A stretch of 64,000 nucleotides of DNA from a virus. The stretch spans positions 1 through 64,000 of IMG/VR virus record IMGVR_UViG_3300032397_000005. The stretch is one strand, 5' to 3'. This document shows positions 28,901-37,214 of this stretch, piece by piece; positions within the stretch are counted from its first letter, which is position 1, and each line of letters starts with the position of its first letter. The notes under the pieces were generated by a model. That model was not told the origin of the DNA. It saw only the letters and a program-made list of their open reading frames with translations, and made no database searches. Both the position numbers and the translations under genes were made by a program.

Positions 28901-30119
28901 CCTGGCCGTCCTCTGCCGTCAGCTCGGGGTCCCCTACGGGGTCCGGACGGGCGTCTCCGCGCTCTCCGGTAACGTCTGGTACGGGCTCCGGACGAAGAAG
29001 CTTCGCGGGCGCAGTCACTGCTTCCTGCGGCGGCACGGGCGCGCCACCCCGCGGCTGGAGGAGGTCCCCGGGGACGGGTTCGTCTACGACCTCTGTGTAC
29101 CGGGATCCCAGCGATTTACGGAGGCGCTCGGTTGCGTTTCCCTCCACAACACTGATTCGCTGTATATCCAGCTCGCGCCCACCGGGAGGACCTGGTCGTC
29201 GGAGGAGGCGCGCATCGCGGAGCTCAACGGGAAGGCGGAGAAGTTCCTCGAGTACGTCCAGACGCGGTACGACGCGCACCTCCGGTCCTTTGGTTGCCGG
29301 ATGGACTGGAACGTGGTTCTACTTGAGTACGAGGACGTGTACGACCGCATCTTCTTCGTGGTCAAGAAGCGGTACGCGGGGCGGCTCCTGGTTCACAAGG
29401 GGGAGCGGACGGATAACGTGGAGGTGAAGGGGCTGGAGGTGATGCGCTCCGACTGCTCCGGGATGACGCGTCGCCTTCAGCAGCGGGTCCTCGACGGCAT
29501 CCTCATGGAGCGGATGAGTGGGGAGGAGATTGAGCGGACGATCATTGCGCCGGAGTTCACCCGTTGCGCGGAGAACCAGCTGACCGCGGCGGAGGTCTCC
29601 ATTGGGAAGGGCATCTCCAAGGAGCCGGAGCGGTATAAGACGAAGGCGCTCCACGTCAAGTTGGCGGAGGAGATCCGGGCCACCGGGCGGGAGTTCTTCG
29701 TTGGGATGAAGGTTGAGTACGTGGTCACCTCCGTGAAACCGAACTTGAACGGGGTCCTCCGGGAGGACTTCGAGGACGCGGCGGGCGCGATCACCTACGC
29801 GGCGGAATACTACTGGGACCGCGTCATCTACCCGGCAAGTTTGCGGATCTTACAGGTCTGCTTTCCGGAGAAGGACTGGAAGCGGTGGTTGGTGGAGAAC
29901 CGGCGGCGGCGGCGGGACTTGGTCCAGCGCTACCAGCGCTGGTTCCTGGATCCCAAGCGCGTGGGGAAGGCGGTTGAGCGGATCCGAGAGAACGTACGTG
30001 GTCTACTTCAGGAGGAGGATCTGGTGGAACTTCGGCGCAGTCCACGCATCAGGACTATTGCTGGGAGAGGGAGTGAGCATGAGACGCGTGAAGAAGTTGA
30101 CCTCAGCGGCGACGCTTGA
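25995..30119 (+). CDS. polB: Family B DNA polymerase with intein
   Basis: DIETD (ExoI), WNG.GFD (ExoII), YNRYD (ExoIII), FDFKSLYPS, K...LSFYG, YGD^TDS, KKRYAG, KGLE..RSD. Confidence 0.95.
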   Translation: MKVVVHKEYAQSISAEEVTDKRDVVDLRDATDFDDMKDLRFFNEREYYHGWSEGEDIVLLRRDPETGRRIKEVHPFEWYFYLAREDFDRLPADKVAWLCRHHAKRVEPDPAFPDRYVRVYVPYKYPKIDHDRIFQRVGDPDAGAMWLAPYVLGERPHAVRFPQDRERWTHLHEALEWCQRKGLTPLEADLTPKQRFLTDYDLHIQARYHLGFVDIETDDTVGGFDNKEHNRILSIAWEGDRVEKDPDDRGFVILEAETDEAEREMLLRFKRECLARYDVVAAWNGFGFDFPIIIYRFRKHRIPIDWRYHLFADPLPVFKRHYVRAGADAISYSLDAIGSAVLKMSKLDWRTEFRRRQPGVVPKFINLYRREPGLLEEYNRYDATILRKLEAFTGFVAIEQIFCRVANGFANDWNISTKIDQLLLKKGFKDGHHFPTRFWSPGRPEQYEGAYVFPPKVGMHENVCAFDFKSLYPSMVRAFNISPESIVKAVDREDFLRKYGPDSLCRCPVVDCGGVMKGGATFRKDREGYISQMFVRTLERRRKYTTLQSERLKEVGSTQDDLFLLYYRLAYSFKRLGLSFYGDLGNPRSRYYDTELAEAITLAGRFFIQQTAKYAEEVGGYKAIYGDSVTGRRNLVLLDPAGRLRVLPVERLWAELSGEAEARSDGKEVKRADGWRSMSALEGGGSTWAPVAEVIRHRTGKRILRLTTPEGQVEVTEDHGVTVLRDGALAERTAAEVHRDGEELVRVDVPPVAEVAEVDLLAEVGSYRREYAREVSQARHVRRAEVRLGSERASDGMDFLLLTFEGEIGFEPTERVRFRRRFRVGTPELDALLDLLGTFCAEGSVSVVGDRFGGASIGMEDRARMAELSAVYQLLCPTAGSDGLTDDGRKLQMRCELISLLFARLCGVGADGKRVPGFVYHLPERERRRFLSAYLRGDGHFWNDRRGGATWEDFDGWECGSNSLELSSGLAVLCRQLGVPYGVRTGVSALSGNVWYGLRTKKLRGRSHCFLRRHGRATPRLEEVPGDGFVYDLCVPGSQRFTEALGCVSLHNTDSLYIQLAPTGRTWSSEEARIAELNGKAEKFLEYVQTRYDAHLRSFGCRMDWNVVLLEYEDVYDRIFFVVKKRYAGRLLVHKGERTDNVEVKGLEVMRSDCSGMTRRLQQRVLDGILMERMSGEEIERTIIAPEFTRCAENQLTAAEVSIGKGISKEPERYKTKALHVKLAEEIRATGREFFVGMKVEYVVTSVKPNLNGVLREDFEDAAGAITYAAEYYWDRVIYPASLRILQVCFPEKDWKRWLVENRRRRRDLVQRYQRWFLDPKRVGKAVERIRENVRGLLQEEDLVELRRSPRIRTIAGRGSEHETREEVDLSGDA
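27876..29150 (+). mobile_element. Intein (425 aa) with LAGLIDADG homing endonuclease, inserted in polymerase motif C
   Basis: Splits YGD|TDS; begins SVTG, block B VTEDHG, LLGTFCAEG and FLSAYLRGDG motifs, VYDL, ends LHN before Thr. Confidence 0.93.
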
Positions 30120-30669
30120 GGAGCACGAGGAGCGGGGGCGGCGCTTCGAGTTCCTTGGGCAGCGTCTACTCAACGTGGACGTGGAGGGGGTTTGGGGGAA
30201 GTTGGAGGAGGACCTGACCCTGGGGGACGGTCGCGCTAACCCAGATCGAATTCTTCGCGCTCTAGATGAGGCGGAGCACAACCTGCGGCGGGCCGGGATG
30301 ATCCTCCAGTGCGCGATCGAGGAGGAGGACATTTTCAACGTGCACTGGCGGGCGGCTTACTCGGAGTGGGCGGTGGTGGCGCGGGAGGCGCTCGAGCGGG
30401 CAAAGAAGGACGGGCGTCACTCTGGGCAGATCACTCAGGACATGGTTGAGGACTGGGTTGCTGCCCACATTCCGGATTACGGTAGGTGGCGGACGCAACG
30501 CCGGTCCCTCGAGCGGAATAAGAACATGTCAAAGCACCTATTCGCGGCCTGGGAGTCCAGAGCTGCCTCCATCCGGAAGCAGTCTGACCTCGTGGAACGT
30601 CGTCGTGGGGTGGACCCAAATATGCTCTCACGAAGGGAGCGCAAGGAGCGTGAAGATGGCACTGAGTAA
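30079..30669 (+). CDS. Helical protein, possible UvsY-like recombination mediator
   Basis: All-helical sequence, AWESRAASIR; located between the polymerase and SSB/RecA. Confidence 0.45.
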   Translation: MRRVKKLTSAATLEEHEERGRRFEFLGQRLLNVDVEGVWGKLEEDLTLGDGRANPDRILRALDEAEHNLRRAGMILQCAIEEEDIFNVHWRAAYSEWAVVAREALERAKKDGRHSGQITQDMVEDWVAAHIPDYGRWRTQRRSLERNKNMSKHLFAAWESRAASIRKQSDLVERRRGVDPNMLSRRERKEREDGTE

Positions 30670-31972
30670 AGAGGAGAGGATGGTCCGGGCGCGGGAGCGC
30701 ATGGACAAGCTCCGCACTGTGGCGAAGCAGCGCGGGCGTGGGGCGGACCGGATGGATTGGAAACCAAAGGCGAAGGTGTACCTGCACCCAGAGACGGAGA
30801 TGCACGATCGCCTCCGTGTGTGGTTCCCAAAGCTCATCGACGAGAAGGATCAGAAGGACGGCGGCAAGAAGGGCGGCGGTAAGGATAAGGACGTCAAGAA
30901 GAAGGTGGTCAACGTGCCCTTCAACGTCCCTCAAAACCCGAAGGCGTGCCCGTTCCAGACCCTCCGCGCGGTACTGAAGTTGCGGGAGGACCTTGACCCT
31001 GATGAGATCATCCTGTCCGTGGGGACCGGGCGAGGGAAGGTTGAACTCTGCAAGGGGGAGATCCTAGGTTTGGAGGGATACGACTTCCGTAAGGGAATTC
31101 GACCTCAGGCGGACTTCGTTTGCGGGGCGGTCATGATTGCGGACAGCAAGGGGAAGCGTCCAGACAAGTTGAAGTGCGAGGTCCTTGCAGGGGCCAAGAG
31201 CCTGGCCACGGAGATCCGGAAGGAAATTGACTCCGAGATCGACGAGTCCGGGGAGGAGAAGGGTAACCCGTTCTTCTCGCCGTACCCATTCATCATCGAG
31301 TTTGACGAGGCGGAGCGCGGGTCTGACATGTACTCCGCGCGGGCGCGTCCGCAGGAGTCGCCGGGGGAGGATGAGGATCTCCAGGCGCTCCTGGACGGGG
31401 ATCCTCCGGACCTCGAGGAGGAGATCAAGTTGTCCGACCCGGACGTGATGATGGCGGCGCTCATGGCGGCGCTTGTTCGGGATGACATCGAGATCGTCAT
31501 CGAGAACGTGGATGAGGTCTTCAAGAAGCCGAAGGCGGAGGTGAAGTCGAAGGAGGAGCCGAAGGAGCGGCGCGTGAAGGAGCCAGAACCGGAGCCAGAA
31601 CCGGAGCCAGAACCGGAGCCAGAACCGGAGCCAGAACCGGAGCCAGAACCGGAGCCAGAACCGGAGGAAGACGGATCCGACACCGTTGAAGCACCGGAGC
31701 AGAAGTCCAAACCCGCAGCCAAGCGGGAGGAACCTAAACCCGCCCCCAAACCTACCCCCAAACCCGCAGCTAAGCGGGAGGAACTCAAACCCACCGCCAA
31801 GCGGGAGAAGAAGGCGGCGGAGAAGCCCGCTGAGGAGTTGGGTTGGGAACCCGCCGAGGGGGAGGAGTACGACATCTGCCCGAAGTGTCGGCGGCCGGTA
31901 TCTCAGGACGCCCTAAAGTGCCCACATCCGAACTGCGGCGCCGAGTACTTGCCGGACGACAGCGAGTTCTAG
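30656..31972 (+). CDS. Putative single-stranded DNA-binding protein with EP linker and C-terminal Zn ribbon
   Basis: Directly upstream of RecA; acidic; (EP)14; CPKC...CPHPNC; ends DDSEF. Confidence 0.55.
   Translation: MALSKEERMVRARERMDKLRTVAKQRGRGADRMDWKPKAKVYLHPETEMHDRLRVWFPKLIDEKDQKDGGKKGGGKDKDVKKKVVNVPFNVPQNPKACPFQTLRAVLKLREDLDPDEIILSVGTGRGKVELCKGEILGLEGYDFRKGIRPQADFVCGAVMIADSKGKRPDKLKCEVLAGAKSLATEIRKEIDSEIDESGEEKGNPFFSPYPFIIEFDEAERGSDMYSARARPQESPGEDEDLQALLDGDPPDLEEEIKLSDPDVMMAALMAALVRDDIEIVIENVDEVFKKPKAEVKSKEEPKERRVKEPEPEPEPEPEPEPEPEPEPEPEPEPEPEEDGSDTVEAPEQKSKPAAKREEPKPAPKPTPKPAAKREELKPTAKREKKAAEKPAEELGWEPAEGEEYDICPKCRRPVSQDALKCPHPNCGAEYLPDDSEF
31580..31663 (+). repeat. 12-bp coding tandem repeat, 7 copies (GAGCCAGAACCG)
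   Basis: Seen directly. Confidence 0.9.
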
Positions 31973-31973
31973 C

Positions 31974-33095
31974 ATGGTTAAGAAGGTCAAGAGGGAGGTG
32001 GTCCATGTGGAGGGGAGACCACCTCCCATGTCTGAGCGGAGCAAGAAGCTATCTCGGGCGGTGTCGTCCATCGACGGCTTTCAGCTCTGGTCCACGGTGG
32101 AGCACCCGCTGGTGATGAGGTCACGCATCACCTCACTGAACCGGGCGATGAAGTGTGGTGGGATCCCTGGTGGGATGCTCGGGGTCCTCCACGGGCCTAG
32201 TCAAGGTGGTAAGACGCTCCTGCTGGCGGAGCTGCTCTACGACGCCTGGCGGACGGGGGGATGGGGACTCTTTGCGGACGCGGAGTGCCGGGCGGTGGAC
32301 CTCCGGTGGTTCCGAGCAATTTGCGGGGCCATCGAGGAGATTGCGTACTTCAAACCCCAGACGTTCGAGCTGGCGATATCGCGCATCCAGGAGTTCCGCG
32401 GGAAGTTCCGCGCGGCCAAGAAGGCAAAGGACGTCCCGGAGAACGCTTTTCTAGTGATCGGCGTGGACTCCATCAACCGGCTCACTCCCGCGACTGAGCT
32501 GGACGAGATCCTCGAGGGGAAGGTTGCGCCGCGGGGCTACCCGCTCCGGGCGCTCCTGACGTCCAAGTGGTTGGACAAGATCATACCAACGCTGGAGCGG
32601 GACGAGGTGGTGGTCTTCGTTCAGCGGGAGGGGAGGAAGATGGACGTGAAGCCCGGGCAGAAGACGTGGACACTGAAGGGTGGGTCCGCAATTGCGTACG
32701 ACGCCGGGTGGTCAATCCGCGTCACGGCGGCCGGGAGGCAGAAGTGCAGGGACGACGACAAGGGCGGCGCCCTGTGCGGGGAGAAGCACTCCATTGAGCT
32801 GGAGAAGAACTCCCTTGGACCGCACCTGAACGAAATTGCCAACTTCTACTCCTCGACGGGGGCGGAGGAGGGGATGCCGCTCGGGCTTGACTTTGCGCGG
32901 GAGGTGCGGGAGGAGACGATCAACCGGGGTTTTGCGGTCTATAAGAAGGGGACCGGTTACCTGTTTCGCGGGGAGGCGGTGGCGGAATCGAAGCGAGAGT
33001 ACCTGGCTTGGATTCAGGCGGAGGAGGACGGACAACCGCGCTGGGTGAGACTTCAGGGGGAGCTCGATGCAGATGAGCAAGTTGACGCGGAGTGA
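31974..33095 (+). CDS. recA: RecA/UvsX-like recombinase
   Basis: GGIPGG...HGPSQGGKT, DAE, IGVDSI, GG.AI.Y.A...I, KN.L.P. Confidence 0.85.
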   Translation: MVKKVKREVVHVEGRPPPMSERSKKLSRAVSSIDGFQLWSTVEHPLVMRSRITSLNRAMKCGGIPGGMLGVLHGPSQGGKTLLLAELLYDAWRTGGWGLFADAECRAVDLRWFRAICGAIEEIAYFKPQTFELAISRIQEFRGKFRAAKKAKDVPENAFLVIGVDSINRLTPATELDEILEGKVAPRGYPLRALLTSKWLDKIIPTLERDEVVVFVQREGRKMDVKPGQKTWTLKGGSAIAYDAGWSIRVTAAGRQKCRDDDKGGALCGEKHSIELEKNSLGPHLNEIANFYSSTGAEEGMPLGLDFAREVREETINRGFAVYKKGTGYLFRGEAVAESKREYLAWIQAEEDGQPRWVRLQGELDADEQVDAE

Positions 33096-33357
33096 CAGGC
33101 TGCGGACGTTCATCCGCGCCTGTTCCTTCCGGACGGCCTGCGTTGAGGATCCGGATCCGGACCGGATACTCGAGGTTATGAACCTGCTGATTCCGGACAT
33201 TGCGGGTCGGCCGGACCGCGTCGCGCTGAAGGCGGCAATCTGCACGGTCGCGTTCTTCCAGCAGATGAGGGAGTTACTCGCGGGGGAGGTGAGCTTGGAT
33301 TTTCGGGAGGAGGCCATCCTGGAGGCCATCCTGAAGCACCTGGAGGAGGTGTCGTGA
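33073..33357 (+). CDS. Hypothetical protein
   Basis: Fills the gap and overlaps both neighbours. Confidence 0.55.
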   Translation: MSKLTRSDRLRTFIRACSFRTACVEDPDPDRILEVMNLLIPDIAGRPDRVALKAAICTVAFFQQMRELLAGEVSLDFREEAILEAILKHLEEVS

Positions 33358-34130
33358 GAGTGCTGGTCACCGGGGATAAGCACCTGGGTCTGGTTTCGGA
33401 CGGGGTGAGTCGCTTGGAGGAGCAGGGGGTCATCCTGGAGCGCTGCGTGGAGCTACTGAGTCACTTCAACCCGGACGTGTACGTGGACCTTGGGGACATG
33501 TTCCACTCACCTCGACCGGGTCCGGACGCCTACGAGCTTGCGTTTCGGTACCTTCGGGATCTGGCGGCGTGGCGGTGGGAACGGAAGGGGCGGCACGCGT
33601 TCGTCCTGGCTGGAAACCACGACAAGTCCACGCGGGGGTGCAGCAACGCCCTCAGTCCGCTCCTTGGGTTCCAGAAGCTCCCCCAGGTGATCCTGGCCCC
33701 GATGGAGAAGGGTATCGGACTGGCGGACGGAGTTCCGCCGACGTCAACCTGGGGTGGGGCGCTATTCCTGTTCCTCCCGTTTGTGACGGAGTGGGAGGCT
33801 CGGACGGTGTTTGGCGTTGACGGAGCTCAGACGTTGCTGGATAACGCGGCGGCGCGCGCGCTGGCGGTTGCTACGAAGGACGCTCCGGTCGTTGTCTTCT
33901 CACACCTGGAGGTGCCGGGGGCGAAGCGGAACGACTGGGACGTCTCCCAGCGGGACGTCGGACTCCACGTCCCGGACGTTCTCCTCGATGACGATAGGGT
34001 GCTTGGGATCTACGCGGGTCACATTCACCGGCACCAGGTTCTGGGGAACGTGGTCGTGGTTGGTTCCGCAATTCACGTTGACTTCGGGGAGGCATCCGAC
34101 CAAAAGGGTGCCCTCCTGGTGGAGTTTTGA
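33354..34130 (+). CDS. SbcD/Mre11-like metallophosphoesterase (nuclease domain only)
   Basis: GDKHLG, LGDMFH, GNHD, SH, AGHIH, GS....DFGE...KG.LLV. Confidence 0.88.
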   Translation: MRVLVTGDKHLGLVSDGVSRLEEQGVILERCVELLSHFNPDVYVDLGDMFHSPRPGPDAYELAFRYLRDLAAWRWERKGRHAFVLAGNHDKSTRGCSNALSPLLGFQKLPQVILAPMEKGIGLADGVPPTSTWGGALFLFLPFVTEWEARTVFGVDGAQTLLDNAAARALAVATKDAPVVVFSHLEVPGAKRNDWDVSQRDVGLHVPDVLLDDDRVLGIYAGHIHRHQVLGNVVVVGSAIHVDFGEASDQKGALLVEF

Positions 34131-34131
34131 G

Positions 34132-34404
34132 ATGGATGAGTCTGTTCTCAAGCGGTTGAAGCTTCCTACGGGCGGGACCGGGGTTCAGCGACCGGCGCCT
34201 CTGGCGGAGCCGGACCGTGTCTGGGTCCAGGTGAGTAGGAAGGTGAATCTGGTGAAGTACGACATGCTGGAGGTGGGGTGCGGTGCCACGGTCTCCCTTC
34301 TCCCGGGGGAGACGCTGCGGGACGCCATCAAGCGCGCGGCGGAGGACGTTAAAGCGGAGCACGATGACCTCCTGGAGGTCCTTAGGGTGCAGGCTGGTGT
34401 CTAA
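34132..34404 (+). CDS. Hypothetical protein lying between the two SbcD parts
   Basis: 90 aa; RKVNL.KYD.LEV pattern. Confidence 0.6.
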   Translation: MDESVLKRLKLPTGGTGVQRPAPLAEPDRVWVQVSRKVNLVKYDMLEVGCGATVSLLPGETLRDAIKRAAEDVKAEHDDLLEVLRVQAGV

Positions 34405-34804
34405 GATCGCTCGCTGCACCTTCCTCCCTCTCCCGGCGGAACCGACGCGGGAGTTGGTCCTTGAACTCGGGGATGATTGGGACGGGGCGTGGGAGTTTGA
34501 CCCGGAGGTGGTTCGAGGGGCGCGGGTCAAACCCGTGGTCTACGTTCCGGAGGGACGGCTTGCGCTGCTGGATCGGGATGCCCTCAGGAAGGCGATCGTC
34601 GAGGCGGGTGCCACCTACTGTCGGACCCCAACGATCCACGTGAGCCGGTTACGGGAGAAGCGGGACGCTCGACACGACGCGGAGCTCCCGCTGGAGGAGA
34701 GCCTACGGATCTTTGGGGAGGAGACCCGGGCGCGGGACCTGGCGGAGAAGGTGGCGTTTGCGGCGGAGTTGGCTCGAGAGGCGGACGCCGGGGTGACGGA
34801 GTGA
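34397..34804 (+). CDS. Probable SbcD C-terminal (capping/Rad50-binding) part
   Basis: Begins ARCTFLPLP..R.LVLEL...GARVK; ends with a helical hairpin. Confidence 0.5.
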   Translation: MSKIARCTFLPLPAEPTRELVLELGDDWDGAWEFDPEVVRGARVKPVVYVPEGRLALLDRDALRKAIVEAGATYCRTPTIHVSRLREKRDARHDAELPLEESLRIFGEETRARDLAEKVAFAAELAREADAGVTE

Positions 34805-34989
34805 CGCGAGAGGACCGGGAGCGATTGCTGGAGATCCGCAAGCGCGGGAAGATGGGGCGCGTGCCGGTTTCCAAGGAGGAGCACAACTTCTGCACCGAGA
34901 TGTGGATGACGAATCCGAAGGAGTACGCGGAGGTGGAGGCGGAGATGACGGACTGGCTTCTCAATCGCCCGTGGTGGGAGTTTGTATGA
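34801..34989 (+). CDS. Hypothetical 62-aa protein
   Basis: GTGA and ATGA overlaps on both sides. Confidence 0.55.
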   Translation: MTREDRERLLEIRKRGKMGRVPVSKEEHNFCTEMWMTNPKEYAEVEAEMTDWLLNRPWWEFV

Positions 34990-37205
34990 TCATCAAGCGG
35001 TTGACCGTGGAGAACGTGGGGCCCTTCTTTGGGTCGTGGGAGGTGCTCCTGGAAACGGGCGTCACCGTCTTCGTCGGGGAGTACGAGGGGGCGGAGGACC
35101 GGAGCAACCGGTCCGGGAAGTCTTGGTTGGCGGTGGACGTGCCCACGTACGCCATCTTCGGGGTCTTCCGCGGCGCGCGGGTCGAGGACCTGCCGCATCG
35201 CCTGGTGCGCGGGCGGGAGTCCGCGTGGGCGGAGGTGGAGGTGGAGTCGTCGGATGGGTTGGAGTGGGTCGTCAGACGCGGGCGGACCGCGGGAGGGGAC
35301 CCCATTCGGGAACTCAACGGATCTCAGATCTCCGAGAGAGACTTGGAGCGCGTGGTCAGGGAGGAGGTGGTTGGGCTCTCCTGGGAGGAGTACCTCCTGA
35401 CGCTTGGCGCGGTGCAGGGGGAGATGCACGCGTTCATGCGACTGACCGCCGGGGAGAAGCGGCGCGTGGTTAGTCCGTGGTTCTCCACGGACCGCTGGGT
35501 CCCGCGAGCTGACCTGGCGCGCGTCAGACTTTTGAGGGCGCAGTCCAAGTTGTGGGAGTTGACGGAGGAGGAGCGCGTCCTGAGGGAGATGTTGGCGGGG
35601 ATGTCGGATCTGGTGGACGCGGAGCGGTTGGCGCACGTATCCTACGAGGAGGCCAGCGCGCGATACGCCAGTTGCTTGGAGGCGCGGTTGGCGGCGGACG
35701 CTCGGTTCAAGGCGCGTGGTGAGCGGCGGGCGAAGTTCGAGCGGCTCTCCGCGGACGTGGCGCGGCTCTCGGCGGATGTGGCGGCGGAGATGTCCGCGGC
35801 GATTCGAGCGCACTCGTGCGCGGAGGATGGGTTGACTCTCGGGTACGCGGAGCTCCGCCGCGCTCAGGAGCGGGCTGAGTGCGCCCGGACGCTCGAGAGG
35901 CAGGAGGTGGAGCTCGAGGAGCGGCGCTCCCTGGTTGGGGAGGTTCTGGCGGGCGTGACTCGTCAGGAGGGGGAGGAGGAGAGCCACGCGCGGGAGCGGG
36001 AGGAACTCCTGACGCGCTACCGGGAACTGGAGCGGACCCGGACGGGTGTCTGCCCGATTTTGAGGGAGGGGTGTGACCGCGTGGTGCGGGATGAGGGGGT
36101 ACTCCGGAAGATGAAGGTCGAGGGGTTGGGCCACCGGCGGGCGTTTCTCCGCGCGGCGGAGTTGCTGAAGGAACTTCGCTGGAAGTTGGACATGTCCCGG
36201 GCGGACGTAGATCTGGCGGAAGCGTCTGTCAAGCAGCTCCGTGATCTCCGCGGGATGCGGACGGTGACGCAGGCGGAGGCGGACGTGGAGGTGCTCAAGC
36301 GGAACCGGGACGTTGCGCTGAGCGCGTTGAACCGCGTCAAGACCGGGCGGACGGAGGCGGCGCTTGCGCTCCACCGGACCAAGAAGGAACTCGCCCAGCT
36401 CTCGGGGGAGGGCGGGGATGGGGAGGGGCTCGATGAGTTGAGTGAGCTGAGTGAGCTGGTGGAGGAGTATCAGGCGGAGTGCCGGGAACTGGAGGAGGAC
36501 CTCGTCAACGCGCGGGCGGCCGTGGCGGAGGTTCGGCGGGCGGAGGAGCGACTGGTGGAGATTGTCAGCTCTCGGGAGGTTACCTCTGCGCACGTTGAGC
36601 GGCTGGCCTGGGCGTCCTACGCGTTTGGCGCGGCGGGGATCCCAAGCCGGGAGCTGGAGAACGCCTTTGGGGTGGCGGAAGACTCCATGAACCGCGTCCT
36701 CAGGGAGCTTCAGACGCCGCTCCGCGTGGCGTTTGCGCCCACTCGGGAGCTCCAGGACTGGGAGGCGGCCTGTCTGGGGTGCGGGACCGCGTTCCAGAAG
36801 GGGGAGCGCACGCACGTCTGCGCCCTCTGCGGGGCTCCGCGGAGGAGACGCCGGCGGGACGAGTTGCGCCTAGAGGTCCAGGACGGCGGGAACTCCGCGA
36901 GCTGGGAGGTTGACTCCGGCGGCGGGAAGGTGCTCCTGAGCCTCGGCGTGCGCCTGGGGTTGGCCGCACTACCGGGGTCGCGGAGGCGCGTGCGCTGTGA
37001 GTCCCTACTCATAGACGAGCCGGATGGCGCCCTGGATGAGCCGAATCGGGCGGCGCTCCACGCCCTCCTCATTGGGGGTCTTGGGTCTCTTGGGGTCAGG
37101 CAGACGCTCCTGGTCACGCACGCGGACGTTCGGCGGGAGTTCCGGAACGTGGTTGTGGTTCACCGCTGGGAGGCGGAGGATCGCTCCGGGGCGTGGAATG
37201 AGTAG
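34986..37205 (+). CDS. SbcC/Rad50-like ATPase
   Basis: IKRLTVENVGPF, NRSGKS, VQG, coiled coil with CPIL...C hook, SGGGK, LLIDEPDGALD, LVTH. Confidence 0.9.
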   Translation: MIIKRLTVENVGPFFGSWEVLLETGVTVFVGEYEGAEDRSNRSGKSWLAVDVPTYAIFGVFRGARVEDLPHRLVRGRESAWAEVEVESSDGLEWVVRRGRTAGGDPIRELNGSQISERDLERVVREEVVGLSWEEYLLTLGAVQGEMHAFMRLTAGEKRRVVSPWFSTDRWVPRADLARVRLLRAQSKLWELTEEERVLREMLAGMSDLVDAERLAHVSYEEASARYASCLEARLAADARFKARGERRAKFERLSADVARLSADVAAEMSAAIRAHSCAEDGLTLGYAELRRAQERAECARTLERQEVELEERRSLVGEVLAGVTRQEGEEESHAREREELLTRYRELERTRTGVCPILREGCDRVVRDEGVLRKMKVEGLGHRRAFLRAAELLKELRWKLDMSRADVDLAEASVKQLRDLRGMRTVTQAEADVEVLKRNRDVALSALNRVKTGRTEAALALHRTKKELAQLSGEGGDGEGLDELSELSELVEEYQAECRELEEDLVNARAAVAEVRRAEERLVEIVSSREVTSAHVERLAWASYAFGAAGIPSRELENAFGVAEDSMNRVLRELQTPLRVAFAPTRELQDWEAACLGCGTAFQKGERTHVCALCGAPRRRRRRDELRLEVQDGGNSASWEVDSGGGKVLLSLGVRLGLAALPGSRRRVRCESLLIDEPDGALDEPNRAALHALLIGGLGSLGVRQTLLVTHADVRREFRNVVVVHRWEAEDRSGAWNE

Positions 37206-37214
37206 GAGGGACCG

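Noticed and set aside
26937-29279. Long antisense or alternate-frame ORFs (e.g. 26937-29279, 34584-36815, 4501-6165, 4973-6223)
   Set aside because: These are shadow ORFs expected from strong GC3 bias; they overlap well-supported genes and show no motifs.
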